From contig DATCLS010000058.1 of assembly GCA_036563805.1 (NCBI GenBank), positions 25,911 through 89,910 of the forward strand: a DNA stretch of 64,000 bases, given 5' to 3'. The translations under genes were made by a program, and so were the position numbers. Of the stretch, positions 9,918 to 19,169 are shown piece after piece. Origin of the DNA: Acidimicrobiales bacterium (GTDB lineage: Bacteria > Actinomycetota > Acidimicrobiia > Acidimicrobiales > VFJN01). The notes under the pieces were generated by a model that saw only the letters and a program-made list of their open reading frames with translations, searched no databases and was not told the origin of the DNA. Within the stretch, counting starts at the first letter, position 1. Each line of letters opens with the position of its first letter.

Positions 9918-10023
9918 TCGGTCTCCCCCCTTGTGTCTCCGTGGTGGCGTGGTGGGTACTGGTCGGCGTCGGCCCGGGCGTGACCGGGGTCACGGCGGGC
10001 CCAGCGGCGAGCACCGTAGAACC

Positions 10024-10046
10024 GTCGTTGGACAGCTGTCAACGAC
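10024..10046. promoter_or_regulatory. near-perfect 23-bp palindrome GTCGTT-G-GACAGCTGTC-AACGAC upstream of the ABC importer operon
   Basis: Read directly from the sequence. It lies 107-129 nt upstream of the SBP GTG and 53 nt downstream of the OMT stop. Confidence 0.35.
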
Positions 10047-10098
10047 TGTTACCGCGCGGTCACCTGACCAGGAGTAACGCGCCCCGAGCTGGGCGTTG

Positions 10099-10761
10099 TC
10101 ACCGTTTCCGGGCGAGCGTGAGGCCGTCGAAGGCGGGCAGCACGACCACGTCCACCCGGTCGTCCGCGGCCACCCGATCGTTGAAGGCGCGCAGCGCCCG
10201 GACCGACTCGTCGGTCGACCCGGCGTCGACGACCTCGCCGCCATAGAGGACGTTGTCGGCCACCAGCAGGCCGCCCGAGCGGATCCGGGGGACGAGCTCG
10301 GTCCAGTAGTCGGGGTAGCCGGTCTTGTCGGCGTCCACGAACGCCAGGTCGAACTGCTCGCCGGGCGGCAGCGCGCGGAGCGTGTCGAGGGCGGGGGCCA
10401 GGCGCAGCTCGATCCGGTCGGCGACGCCGGCCCGCTCCCAGGCCCGGCGGGCGACCGCCGTCCACTCCTCGCTCACGTCGCAGCACAGCAGCGTGCCGTC
10501 GGGCGCCAGGCCCCGGAGGATGCACAGCGCCGAGTAGCCGGTGAACGTGCCCACCTCGACGGCCCGGCGGGCGCCGACCAGCCTGGCCAGGAACGTCAGC
10601 AGCTGCCCCTCGTCGGGCCCGATCTGCATGCGCGCCGGCCCGCCCAGGGCGCGGGTCTCGCCCTGGAGGTCGTCGAGGACCTGGTCGTGGGTCCAGGTGC
10701 CGTGGGCGACGGCGTAGTCGAGCAGGTCGCGGGTGACGGAGAGCGTGCGGACGTCGGTCAT
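10099..10761 (-). CDS. class I SAM-dependent O-methyltransferase (caffeoyl-CoA OMT-like)
   Basis: 220 aa starting MTDVRTLSVTRDLLDYAV. VEVGTFTGYSALC, FDLAFVDADK motifs. Minus-strand TAGCGT, 8 nt, ATG. Confidence 0.85.
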   Translation of the reverse strand: MTDVRTLSVTRDLLDYAVAHGTWTHDQVLDDLQGETRALGGPARMQIGPDEGQLLTFLARLVGARRAVEVGTFTGYSALCILRGLAPDGTLLCCDVSEEWTAVARRAWERAGVADRIELRLAPALDTLRALPPGEQFDLAFVDADKTGYPDYWTELVPRIRSGGLLVADNVLYGGEVVDAGSTDESVRALRAFNDRVAADDRVDVVVLPAFDGLTLARKR

Positions 10762-11596
10762 GACCTGCGACGCTACCCACGTGTCTGAACGCGTCATCGT
10801 GAACGTCGAGGGCGGGGTGGCCGACGTGCGGCTCAACCGACCCGACAAGCTCAACGCCCTCGACGCCGACCTCATGGCCGGCCTGGCCGACGCGGCGGCG
10901 GGGCTGGCCGCCGACCCCTCGGTCCGGGCCGTGGTCCTCTCCGGCGAGGGCCGGTCCTTCAGCGCCGGGCTCGACTTCGCCGGCTTCATGGCCATGGCCG
11001 GGCGCCGGGAGGGCGGCCCCGGCGGCGGCATCGGCGCCATCGCCCGCACCGACGGCCGCATCACGCACCTGGGCCAGCAGGCCGCCCACTGCTGGTCGGA
11101 GGTGCCGGTGCCGGTGATCGCCGCGGTGTGGGGCCACTGCCTGGGGGGCGGCCTGCAGATCGCGCTCGGCGCCGACATCCGCATCGTCCACCCCGAGGCC
11201 CAACTCTCGGTGCTGGAGATCCGCTGGGGGCTGACGCCGGACATGACCGGCACGGCCACGCTGCCCCGCCTGGTGGGCCCCGACGTGGCCAAGGAGCTCA
11301 CGTGGACGGGCCGGACGGTGACGGGGGAGGAGGCCGTGCGCCTCGGGCTCGCCACCCGCACCAGCGACGACCCGCTGGCGGCCGCGCTCGAGCTGGCCCG
11401 CGAGATCGCCACCAAGAGCCCGCACGCCGTCCGGGGCGCCAAGCGGCTCCTCGACCGGGCGGCGGCGGCCGGCCTGGCGGACCAGTACGCGGCCGAGCGC
11501 GAGGTGATCGCCGGCCTGGTCGGCTCGCCCAACCAGGCGGAGGCGGTGGCGGCCTACTTCGAGAAGCGCGCCCCGTCGTTCGCCGACCCGGACTGA
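10760..11596 (+). CDS. enoyl-CoA hydratase/isomerase (crotonase) family protein; start uncertain (10760 ATG or 10781 GTG)
   Basis: VADVRLNRPDKLNALD..AAVWGHCLGGGLQIAL.. Confidence 0.8.
   Translation: MTCDATHVSERVIVNVEGGVADVRLNRPDKLNALDADLMAGLADAAAGLAADPSVRAVVLSGEGRSFSAGLDFAGFMAMAGRREGGPGGGIGAIARTDGRITHLGQQAAHCWSEVPVPVIAAVWGHCLGGGLQIALGADIRIVHPEAQLSVLEIRWGLTPDMTGTATLPRLVGPDVAKELTWTGRTVTGEEAVRLGLATRTSDDPLAAALELAREIATKSPHAVRGAKRLLDRAAAAGLADQYAAEREVIAGLVGSPNQAEAVAAYFEKRAPSFADPD
10770..10775 (-). promoter_or_regulatory. -10-like hexamer (OMT)
   Basis: Minus strand TAGCGT, 8 nt, ATG 10761. Confidence 0.45.
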
Positions 11597-11659
11597 GCGC
11601 CGACCTGGACCGAGCGCCGGCCGGCCACGGGCCGACACCCACGCGCCGGCGGGGGGCCG

Positions 11660-11665
11660 TAGTCT
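11660..11665 (+). promoter_or_regulatory. -10-like hexamer (ggt)
   Basis: TAGTCT, 6 nt, ATG 11672. Confidence 0.5.
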
Positions 11666-11671
11666 GCCCCC

Positions 11672-13267
11672 ATGACGGTGGAGACGTTCGCCACGGCGAC
11701 CGTGCACGCCCCCTCCGGCATGGTGGTCACGCCCGACCACCTGGCCTCATCGGCCGGCGTCGCCATCCTGCGGGCCGGCGGCTCGGCCGCGGACGCGGCC
11801 GTGGCCGCCGGCGCCGTGCTGGCCGTCACCAACCAGCACGAGTGCGGCATGGGCGGCGACCTGTTCGCGCTCGTGCACCAGCCGGGCGAGCGCCCCGCCG
11901 CCCTGTGCGCCGCCGGCCGCGCCGGCTCGGGCGCCGACCCGGTCCAGCTGCGGGCCGAGGGCCACCAGCGGATGCCGTCGCCCGGCGACGTGCGGGCCGT
12001 GACCGTCCCCGGGTGCGTCGACGGCTGGATCGAGCTGCACCGCCGCTTCGGCCGGCTGCCGCTCGCCGAGGTGCTCGAGCCGGCCATGACGTACGCGGCG
12101 GCCGGCTTCCCCGTGTCGCCGCAGCTGGCCGAGTCGGTCACCGGCCTCGTCCACCGTCCGGGCGCCGACGACTACCGCGACCCGGCCATGGCCGCCGGGG
12201 GCCGCGTGCCGGCCGGCGCGCTCATCCGCCGGCCGGGCGTCGCCGCCGCGCTCGACGCCGTGGTCACCGGCGGCCGCGCCGGCTTCTACCTGGGCGCCTT
12301 CGGTTACGGGCTGATCGCCCTGGGCGACGGCCTGTTCACGTGGGCCGACCTGGCCCGCAACCAGGCCGAGTGGATGGAGCCGCTCCACACCACCGCCTGG
12401 GGCTACGACGTGTGGGGCACGCCGCCGCCGTCGCAGGGCTACCTCACGCTGGCCGGCGTGGCGGTGGCCGAGGGTCTCGACCTGCCCGCCCCCGACGACC
12501 CGGCGTGGGCCCACCTGCTCAGCGAGGCGGCCCGTCAGGTGGGTGCCGACCGGCCCCAGGTGCTGCACGAGGGCGCCGACGGCGCCGCGCTGCTGGCCCC
12601 GGAGCGGATCGCCGCCCAGCGGGCCGCCATCGACCCCGACCGGCGCCGCGACCTGGCCCCGCTCACCGCCGGCGGCGGGACGGTCGCCTGCTGCGTCGTC
12701 GACCGCGACCGGATGGGCGTCAGCCTGCTCCAGTCCAACGCCTCGGCGTGGGGCGCGGGCCTGGCCGAGCCCGAGACCGGCATCTTCCTGCACAACCGCG
12801 GCATCGGGTTCTCGCTGGAGGCCGGCCACCCGGCCGAGTACGGCCCGGGCCGGCGGCCGCCCCACACGCTGGCGCCGGCGCTGGTCACCCGCCCCGACGG
12901 CAGCCTCCGCAGCGTGCTGGCCACGATGGGCGGCGACGCCCAGCCCCAGATCCTCGTGCAGCTGCTGGCCCGACTGCTCCACCACGGGGAGCCGGCAGGC
13001 GCCGCCGTCGACGCCGGTCGGTGGGTGCTGGCGGCCGCCCCGTTCCGGACGTGGGACGACGGCGGTCCCGGCGTGCTCGCCGTGGAGCCGCACGCCAGCG
13101 CCGCCTGGGACGACGGCCTGCGGGCCCGGGGCCACACCGTGACCCGCCACGAGGAGCCCCACCACGCCTTCGGCCACGCCCAGGTGATCGACGTCGACGC
13201 CGGCGAAGGCGTGCTCGACGCGGCCGCCGACCCCCGGGCGCTGGTCGGCGCCGCCGCCGGCTACTGA
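11672..13267 (+). CDS. ggt: gamma-glutamyltransferase family protein (no obvious signal peptide)
   Basis: 531 aa; GGSAADAAVAAGAVLAVTNQHECGMGGD. TAGTCT, 6 nt, ATG. Confidence 0.85.
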   Translation: MTVETFATATVHAPSGMVVTPDHLASSAGVAILRAGGSAADAAVAAGAVLAVTNQHECGMGGDLFALVHQPGERPAALCAAGRAGSGADPVQLRAEGHQRMPSPGDVRAVTVPGCVDGWIELHRRFGRLPLAEVLEPAMTYAAAGFPVSPQLAESVTGLVHRPGADDYRDPAMAAGGRVPAGALIRRPGVAAALDAVVTGGRAGFYLGAFGYGLIALGDGLFTWADLARNQAEWMEPLHTTAWGYDVWGTPPPSQGYLTLAGVAVAEGLDLPAPDDPAWAHLLSEAARQVGADRPQVLHEGADGAALLAPERIAAQRAAIDPDRRRDLAPLTAGGGTVACCVVDRDRMGVSLLQSNASAWGAGLAEPETGIFLHNRGIGFSLEAGHPAEYGPGRRPPHTLAPALVTRPDGSLRSVLATMGGDAQPQILVQLLARLLHHGEPAGAAVDAGRWVLAAAPFRTWDDGGPGVLAVEPHASAAWDDGLRARGHTVTRHEEPHHAFGHAQVIDVDAGEGVLDAAADPRALVGAAAGY

Positions 13268-13316
13268 CCCGGGACCGGGTCGGCCGGGCTCGCGGGGAGG
13301 GGCGGCGACCGTCCGG

Positions 13317-14213
13317 CTACCGGTCCTCGCCCGCCGCCGACGGGCCCGCCCGCCGGCCCGCCGACCGGTCGGGGTCGACCAGGGCCCCGGCCGCGGTCCA
13401 GCTCGCCTCCAGGCGCTCGAGGCGCCGGGCGGCCGAGGCGCGCAGCCGGCCCGCCACGCCCGTGACGAGCGCGTTGACCAGGGCGAGCGTGCCCACGTGG
13501 CTGTCGAACGGCCCGGCCCCCTCGGCGGCCACGGTCAGCGCCACCGTGGCCGGCGCGGCCAGCGGCGACAGCACGCTGTCGGTCAGCGCCACCACCTCGG
13601 CGCCGGCCGCGGCCGCCCGCTGGGCGTGCTCGACCACCCAGCGCTCATACCGGCGCAGGTCGAGCGCCACGACCACCGCGCCGGGCGGCAGGGGGGCCAG
13701 CTGGCGCACGACGGCGGCGTCGGAGCCCCGCACCTGGGCGACGTCGTCGCGCAGCATGGACAGCAGCGAGGCGCACATGGCGCCCACGCCGTCCTCGGCG
13801 TCGCCGGCCAGGACCCGCACCGGCCGGCGCTCGTCGGCCAGCAGGGCGACCGCCCGGTCGAAGGCGGCGGGGGACGCCCCCTCGAGCGTGCGCTGGACGT
13901 TGGTCAGCTCGGCCCGCAGGGTGCGGGACAGGGCGTCGGAGCCCCGCTCGCCCCGGATCCGCTCGACGGCCGGCGCCAGCTGCTGCCCGATTGCCGCCTG
14001 GACGGCGGCCTGGAGCTCGCTGAAGCCGCGGTAGCCGAGCCGGGTGGCCAGCCGGACGACCGACGCGCCGGACGTCTCGGCCCGGGCCGCCACCTCGGCC
14101 ACCGTGCCGAACGCCACCCCCTGGGGATCGCGCAGCACGACCTCGGCCACCCGGCGCTCGGCGGGGGACAGTGCGTCGCGCTGCCGGGCGATGCGCTCGG
14201 ACACGTCGCTCAC
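13317..14213 (-). CDS. MurR/RpiR family transcriptional regulator (HTH + SIS)
   Basis: Starts VSDVSERIARQRDALSPAERRVAEVVLRDP. Minus-strand TACCAT, 7 nt, GTG. Confidence 0.85.
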   Translation of the reverse strand: MSDVSERIARQRDALSPAERRVAEVVLRDPQGVAFGTVAEVAARAETSGASVVRLATRLGYRGFSELQAAVQAAIGQQLAPAVERIRGERGSDALSRTLRAELTNVQRTLEGASPAAFDRAVALLADERRPVRVLAGDAEDGVGAMCASLLSMLRDDVAQVRGSDAAVVRQLAPLPPGAVVVALDLRRYERWVVEHAQRAAAAGAEVVALTDSVLSPLAAPATVALTVAAEGAGPFDSHVGTLALVNALVTGVAGRLRASAARRLERLEASWTAAGALVDPDRSAGRRAGPSAAGEDR

Positions 14214-14220
14214 GGCACGG

Positions 14221-14226
14221 ATGGTA
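14221..14226 (-). promoter_or_regulatory. -10-like hexamer (RpiR)
   Basis: Minus strand TACCAT, 7 nt, GTG 14213. Confidence 0.5.
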
Positions 14227-14244
14227 CATTCACGCTTGGATCTG

Positions 14245-14260
14245 AAACGTTTGTGCCACA
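14245..14260. promoter_or_regulatory. palindromes AAACGTTT and TGTG-C-CACA between RpiR and the aldehyde dehydrogenase gene (candidate operator)
   Basis: Read directly from the sequence, in an AT-richer divergent intergenic region. Confidence 0.35.
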
Positions 14261-14325
14261 CCCGCCCGAGGGCGGCACCGGCGTCACCGCCCCCAGCCCC
14301 GTTCGAGTCGGAGGATGCGCCGCCG

Positions 14326-15807
14326 ATGGACACGTTCCGCTCCGTGAACCCCGCCCGGCCCGACGACGTGATCGGCGAGTACCCGGCGCACACGGCCGCC
14401 GACGTCGACCGGGCCGTCGCGGCCGCGGCGCAGGCCCAGCGGGCGTGGGCCCGCGTCCCGGTCCCGACGCGGGCCGAGGTCGTGGCGGCCGCCGGCCGGA
14501 TCATCGCCCGCGACAAGGAGCGCTTCACCGCCCTCGTGGCGCGGGAGGCGGGCAAGGTGCTGGTCGAGGCGGGCGGCGACGTGCAGGAGGCGATCGACAT
14601 GGCCGGCTTCGTCGCCGGCCAGGGCCGCAGCGCCTGGGGCGAGACCGTGCCGTCCGAGCTGGGCAACAAGCTGTGCTGGACCACCCGCCAGCCCGTCGGC
14701 GTGGTCGGCATGATCACGCCCTGGAACTTCCCGATCGCCATCCCGTCGTGGAAGGTGTTCCCGGCGCTGCTGGCCGGCAACGGCATCGTGATCAAGCCGT
14801 CCGAGCACGCCCCCGCTTGCTGCGAGGCGTTCGTGGCCGCCTGCGCCGAGGCCGGCGTGCCCGAGGGGCTCATCCAGGTCGTCCACGGCTTCGCCGAGCC
14901 CGGCGCCGCGCTCGCCACCCACCCGGGCGTGCGGGCGGTCAGCTTCACCGGCTCGGTGGCGACGGGGCGGACGGTGGCGGCCGCGGCGATGGAGAGCGGG
15001 CCGCGGCTGGTCTCGCTCGAGCTGGGCGGCAAGAACGCCATGGTCGTCCGGCCCGACGCCGACCTCGACCTGGCGGTGGACGGCGCCATCTTCGGGGCGT
15101 TCGGCACATCGGGCCAGCGCTGCACGTCGACGTCGCGGCTGATCGCGCACCCCGACGTGGCCGGCGAGCTGGTCGACCGGATCGTGAAGCGGGCCACCGA
15201 GCTGCGGCTCGGCGACCCGCAGGACCCGGCGGTCGACGTCGGCCCGGTCATCACCGCGGCGTCGGCCGAGCGCATCGCCGGCTTGGTCGACGCGGCGGTG
15301 GCCGAGGGCGCGACCGTGGCCTGCGGCGGCCGGGCGGTCGGCGTCGAGGGGCTGGGCGGCGCCTTCTTCGCCCCCACGGTCCTCACCGGCGTGCGGCCCG
15401 AGCACGCCCTGGCCCGCACCGAGGTGTTCGGCCCCGTCCTCGCCGTGATCGAGGTGGCCGACCTCGATGAGGCGCTCGACGTCGTCAACGCCGTCGAGTA
15501 CGGCCTGTCCGCCGCCGTCTACACGCAGGACATCAACGTCGCCCTCACCGCCGTCGAGCGCATCGACACCGGCATCGTCTACGTCAACGCCCCGACGATC
15601 GGCGCCGAGATCCCGTTGCCGTTCGGCGGCACCAAGCACACGGGCAACGGGTTCCGCGAAGCCGGCACCCGGGGCATCGAGCAGTTCAGCGAGCTCAAGA
15701 CCGTCTACGTCGACTACTCGGGCCGGCTCCAGCGGGCCCAGATCGACACGCCCGGCGTCGGCACCGCCGGCACCGCCGGCCCACCGCCGCCCGTCCCGCC
15801 CGATTAG
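14326..15807 (+). CDS. NAD(P)-dependent aldehyde dehydrogenase
   Basis: MDTFRSVNPARP.., ITPWNFP, SLELGGKNA, FGTSGQRCTS. SD GGAGGA upstream of the ATG. Confidence 0.9.
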   Translation: MDTFRSVNPARPDDVIGEYPAHTAADVDRAVAAAAQAQRAWARVPVPTRAEVVAAAGRIIARDKERFTALVAREAGKVLVEAGGDVQEAIDMAGFVAGQGRSAWGETVPSELGNKLCWTTRQPVGVVGMITPWNFPIAIPSWKVFPALLAGNGIVIKPSEHAPACCEAFVAACAEAGVPEGLIQVVHGFAEPGAALATHPGVRAVSFTGSVATGRTVAAAAMESGPRLVSLELGGKNAMVVRPDADLDLAVDGAIFGAFGTSGQRCTSTSRLIAHPDVAGELVDRIVKRATELRLGDPQDPAVDVGPVITAASAERIAGLVDAAVAEGATVACGGRAVGVEGLGGAFFAPTVLTGVRPEHALARTEVFGPVLAVIEVADLDEALDVVNAVEYGLSAAVYTQDINVALTAVERIDTGIVYVNAPTIGAEIPLPFGGTKHTGNGFREAGTRGIEQFSELKTVYVDYSGRLQRAQIDTPGVGTAGTAGPPPPVPPD

Positions 15808-15818
15808 GAGGAGCCGTC

Positions 15819-17102
15819 GTGACCGCCCTCGAGACGCACCCCACCTCGGCCACCGCCGTCTGGCTGGCCCGCGACCACGACGCCCTGGCCGGCGTCCTGC
15901 CCCGCTACTACGACGTCGTCGCCGAGCGGGGCGAGGGCTCGTGGCTGATCGACGTGGAGGGCCGCCGCTTCCTCGACCTGGGCGCCGGCATCGGCGTCAA
16001 CGCCACCGGCCACGGCCACCCCAAGGTGGTCGCCGCCATCGTCGAGCAGGCCCAGCAGCTCGTCCACACGTCGGTCGTCGTGCACCACCGGCGCAACGTC
16101 GAGCTGGCCGAGCGCCTGGGCGCACTGTGCCCGTTCCTCGACGCCCCCCAGGTGTTCTTCTGCAACTCAGGCGCCGAGGCGGTCGACGGGGCGCTCAAGC
16201 TGGCCCGGGCCGCCACCAGTCGGCCCGGCGTCGTGGCCTTCCGCCGGGGCTTCCACGGCCGGACGCTGGCCGCCACCACGCTGACCACGGCCAAGGGCCG
16301 CTACCGCGCCGGCTACCAGCCGCTGTTGCCCGGCGTCCACCACGCCGCCTACTGCGTGCCCCACGAGCACGCCGACGAGGCCGCTGCGGTCGACGCCGCG
16401 CTGGCCGACCTCGACCGGCTGCTGGCGGTCGAGCTGCCCGCGTCGGACGTGGGGGCGATGGTCGTCGAGCCGGTGCTGGGCGAGGGCGGCTACGTGCCCC
16501 CGCCCCGGGCCTGGCTGGCCGGCCTGCGCGAGCGGTGCACCGAGCACGGCATCCTGCTCGTGTTCGACGAGGTCCAGTGCGGCGTCGGCCGCACGGGCCG
16601 GCCGTTCGCGGCCGAGACCTACGACGTGGCCCCCGACGTGCTGCTGTTCGCCAAGGGGATCGCGTCGGGCCTGCCGCTCGGCGGCATCGCCGCCGGCCGG
16701 GAGCTCATGGAGCGGTGGCCGACCGGCGCCCACGGCTCGACGTTCGGCGGCAACCCGGTGGCCTGCGCCGCCGCGCTGGCCACGCTCGACGTGCTCGAGG
16801 CCGAGGGCTGCTACGAGCGGGCCGCCCGGCTCGGCGAGCGGGCGCTGGCTCGGCTGCGGGCCGAGGTCGGCGGTCACCCGCAGGTGCGCGACGTGCGGGG
16901 CCTGGGGCTGATGATCGGCGTCGAGCTGGCCGACGCGGCGGCGACCGAGGACGTGTGCCGCCGGTGCCTGGACGACGGGGTGATCGTGCTCACCTGCGGG
17001 CCCGACCAGAACGTCATCCGGCTCGTGCCGCCGCTGACCGTGACCGACGACGAGCTCGACCTGGGCCTGACCACGCTCGCCCGGGCCATCGCCGCCGCCT
17101 GA
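15819..17102 (+). CDS. class III PLP aminotransferase (4-aminobutyrate aminotransferase-like)
   Basis: 427 aa; FFCNSGAEAVDGALKLAR, LLVFDEVQCGVGRTG. SD AGGAGG upstream. Confidence 0.9.
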   Translation: MTALETHPTSATAVWLARDHDALAGVLPRYYDVVAERGEGSWLIDVEGRRFLDLGAGIGVNATGHGHPKVVAAIVEQAQQLVHTSVVVHHRRNVELAERLGALCPFLDAPQVFFCNSGAEAVDGALKLARAATSRPGVVAFRRGFHGRTLAATTLTTAKGRYRAGYQPLLPGVHHAAYCVPHEHADEAAAVDAALADLDRLLAVELPASDVGAMVVEPVLGEGGYVPPPRAWLAGLRERCTEHGILLVFDEVQCGVGRTGRPFAAETYDVAPDVLLFAKGIASGLPLGGIAAGRELMERWPTGAHGSTFGGNPVACAAALATLDVLEAEGCYERAARLGERALARLRAEVGGHPQVRDVRGLGLMIGVELADAAATEDVCRRCLDDGVIVLTCGPDQNVIRLVPPLTVTDDELDLGLTTLARAIAAA

Positions 17103-17163
17103 CGGCGCCGGCCGGCCGCGGCCGGGCGCCCGCCCGGTCCCCGTCGGGCGGCACCCGGTCCGG

Positions 17164-19167
17164 TCAGAAGGCGAGCAGGTCGCGGAGGGCGGCCTCGACG
17201 CGACCGGCCGGCGACCACACGGCCTCGAGGGTCGGGGCGAACGGGACCGGGGTGTCGAGCCCGCCCACCCGGCGGACCGGGGCGTCGAGCCAGGCGAACG
17301 CCTCGTCGCCGATCGTCGCCGCCACCTCGGCGCCGAAGCCGCCGGTCAGCGGCGCCTCGTGGACGACGAGCGCCCGCGACGTCTTCTTCACCGACGCGAT
17401 CACCGTGGTGCGGTCCCAGGGCCGGAGCGACCGCAGGTCGACGACCTCGACGTCGCCGTCGACCGCCTCGGCCGCGTCCAGCGCCCACTGGACGCCGGCG
17501 CCGTAGGTGACGACCGTGGCGTCCCGGCCCGGGCGGACCACGCGGGCCCGGCCGATCGGCACGGTCCCGTGCCCGGCCGGCACCGGCCCCCGGGCGGTGC
17601 GGTACAGCCGCTTGTGCTCGAGGACCAGCACGGGGTTGCCGTCGTCGAGGGCGGCGAGCAGGAGGCCCTTGGCGTCGGCCGGCGTGGCCGGGGCCACGAC
17701 CTTGAGCCCGGGTACGTGGCAGAACCACGCCTCGACGTTCTGGGAGTGGAACGGCCCGGCGCCCAGGCCGCCCCCGATCGGGAGCCGCACGACCACGGGG
17801 ACGGCCGCCCCCCACCGGTAGTAGGTGGTGGCCAGGTTGTTGACCAGCTGGTTGAACCCGCAGGTCACGAAGTCGCCGAACTGCATCTCGACGACCGGCC
17901 GGAAGCCGGCGAGGGCGAGGCCGAGCGCCGCGCCCAGAGCGCCGGACTCGATGATCGGCGTGTTGCGGACCCGGTCGGTCCCGAACTCGGCCGCCAGGCC
18001 CTCGGTGGCCTTGAAAACACCGCCGTAGCCGGCGATGTCCTGGCCCAGCAGCAGCACCCGGTCGTCGGCGGCCAGCGCCACCCGCAGCGCGTCGCGGACG
18101 GCGTCGACGTAGCGCAGCTCGCCCGGCGTGCCGCGGGTCCCGGCGGCCGCCGGCGCGGCCCGGCGCAGGGGAGCGGGCGGCGCGTGCACGCCCTCCAGCT
18201 CGGCTTCGGCGCTCGACGCCGGCTCGGCGTCGCCCAGGGCGTCGGCCACCAGCCGGTCGACCTCCGCCCGCAGCTCGGCCCGCAGCGCCTCCCGCTCGTC
18301 CGGGCCCGGCCCGCGCCGCTCGTCGAGCACGGCCTCGAACCGGGCGATCGGGTCGCGGGCCGCCCACGCGGCGAGCTCCTCGGCCGGCACGTAGTCGGTA
18401 CCCGACGCCTCCTCGTGGCCCCGCATCCGGTAGGTCTTCGCCTCGATCAGGCTCGGCCCCGCACCGGCCCGACCCCGGGCCGCCGCCTCGGCCACGGCCT
18501 CGCGCACGGCCAGCACGTCGTTGCCGTCGACCACCCGCCCCGGCATGCCGTAGCCGGCCGCCCGGTCGGCCAGGTCGGCGCAGGCGTACTGCTCGGCCAC
18601 CGGCGTGGACAGGCCCCACTGGTTGTTCTCGATCAGGAACACGACCGGCAGCGACCACACCGCCGCCAGGTTCATCGCCTCGTGGACGTCGCCTTCGCTG
18701 GTGGCACCGTCGCCGATCAGGACGGCCGCCACCCGGCCCTCGCCCCGCAGCCGGGCGGCCAGGGCGAGACCGTCGGCCACCGGCGCCATGGCCCCCAGGT
18801 GGCTGATCATGCCGACGACGTGGTGGTCGAGAGCGCCGAAGTGGAACGTGCGGTCGCGCCCGCCCGTGTAGCCGCCGGCCCGGCCGAGCAGCTGGCGGAA
18901 CAGCACGCCGAGGTCGAGGCCCCGGCCGCAGAACACGCCGAGGTTGCGGTGGGCCGGCAGGATCCAGTCGTCGGACCGGAGGGCGGCCACGCAGCCCACC
19001 GACACGGCCTCCTGGCCGATGCCGGAGAACCACTTGCTGAGCTGGCCCCGGCGGACGAGCGCCAGCATCTTCTCCTCGATCACCCGGGGCAGCAGCAGGC
19101 TGCGGTAGAGCGCCAGCAGCTCGCGGGTCCCGGCCCCGTGCTGCAGGTCGCTCGGCACCCCGGCCAC
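17164..19167 (-). CDS. TPP-dependent 2-oxoacid dehydrogenase E1 component, fused alpha/beta subunits
   Basis: The N-terminal half is E1-alpha-like (GDGATSEGDVHEAMNLAAVWSLPVVFLIENNQWG). The C-terminal half is E1-beta-like (RVRNTPIIESGALGAALGLALAGFRPVVEMQFGDF). The GTG lies 3 nt after the upstream stop. Confidence 0.85.
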   Translation of the reverse strand: MAGVPSDLQHGAGTRELLALYRSLLLPRVIEEKMLALVRRGQLSKWFSGIGQEAVSVGCVAALRSDDWILPAHRNLGVFCGRGLDLGVLFRQLLGRAGGYTGGRDRTFHFGALDHHVVGMISHLGAMAPVADGLALAARLRGEGRVAAVLIGDGATSEGDVHEAMNLAAVWSLPVVFLIENNQWGLSTPVAEQYACADLADRAAGYGMPGRVVDGNDVLAVREAVAEAAARGRAGAGPSLIEAKTYRMRGHEEASGTDYVPAEELAAWAARDPIARFEAVLDERRGPGPDEREALRAELRAEVDRLVADALGDAEPASSAEAELEGVHAPPAPLRRAAPAAAGTRGTPGELRYVDAVRDALRVALAADDRVLLLGQDIAGYGGVFKATEGLAAEFGTDRVRNTPIIESGALGAALGLALAGFRPVVEMQFGDFVTCGFNQLVNNLATTYYRWGAAVPVVVRLPIGGGLGAGPFHSQNVEAWFCHVPGLKVVAPATPADAKGLLLAALDDGNPVLVLEHKRLYRTARGPVPAGHGTVPIGRARVVRPGRDATVVTYGAGVQWALDAAEAVDGDVEVVDLRSLRPWDRTTVIASVKKTSRALVVHEAPLTGGFGAEVAATIGDEAFAWLDAPVRRVGGLDTPVPFAPTLEAVWSPAGRVEAALRDLLAF

Positions 19168-19169
19168 GC

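Noticed and set aside
14221-14230. A possible extended -10 (TGn) upstream of the RpiR TACCAT hexamer.
   Set aside because: The TG is offset by one position (aaTGTACCAT has TG directly abutting the hexamer), so it does not match the TGnTANNNT register.
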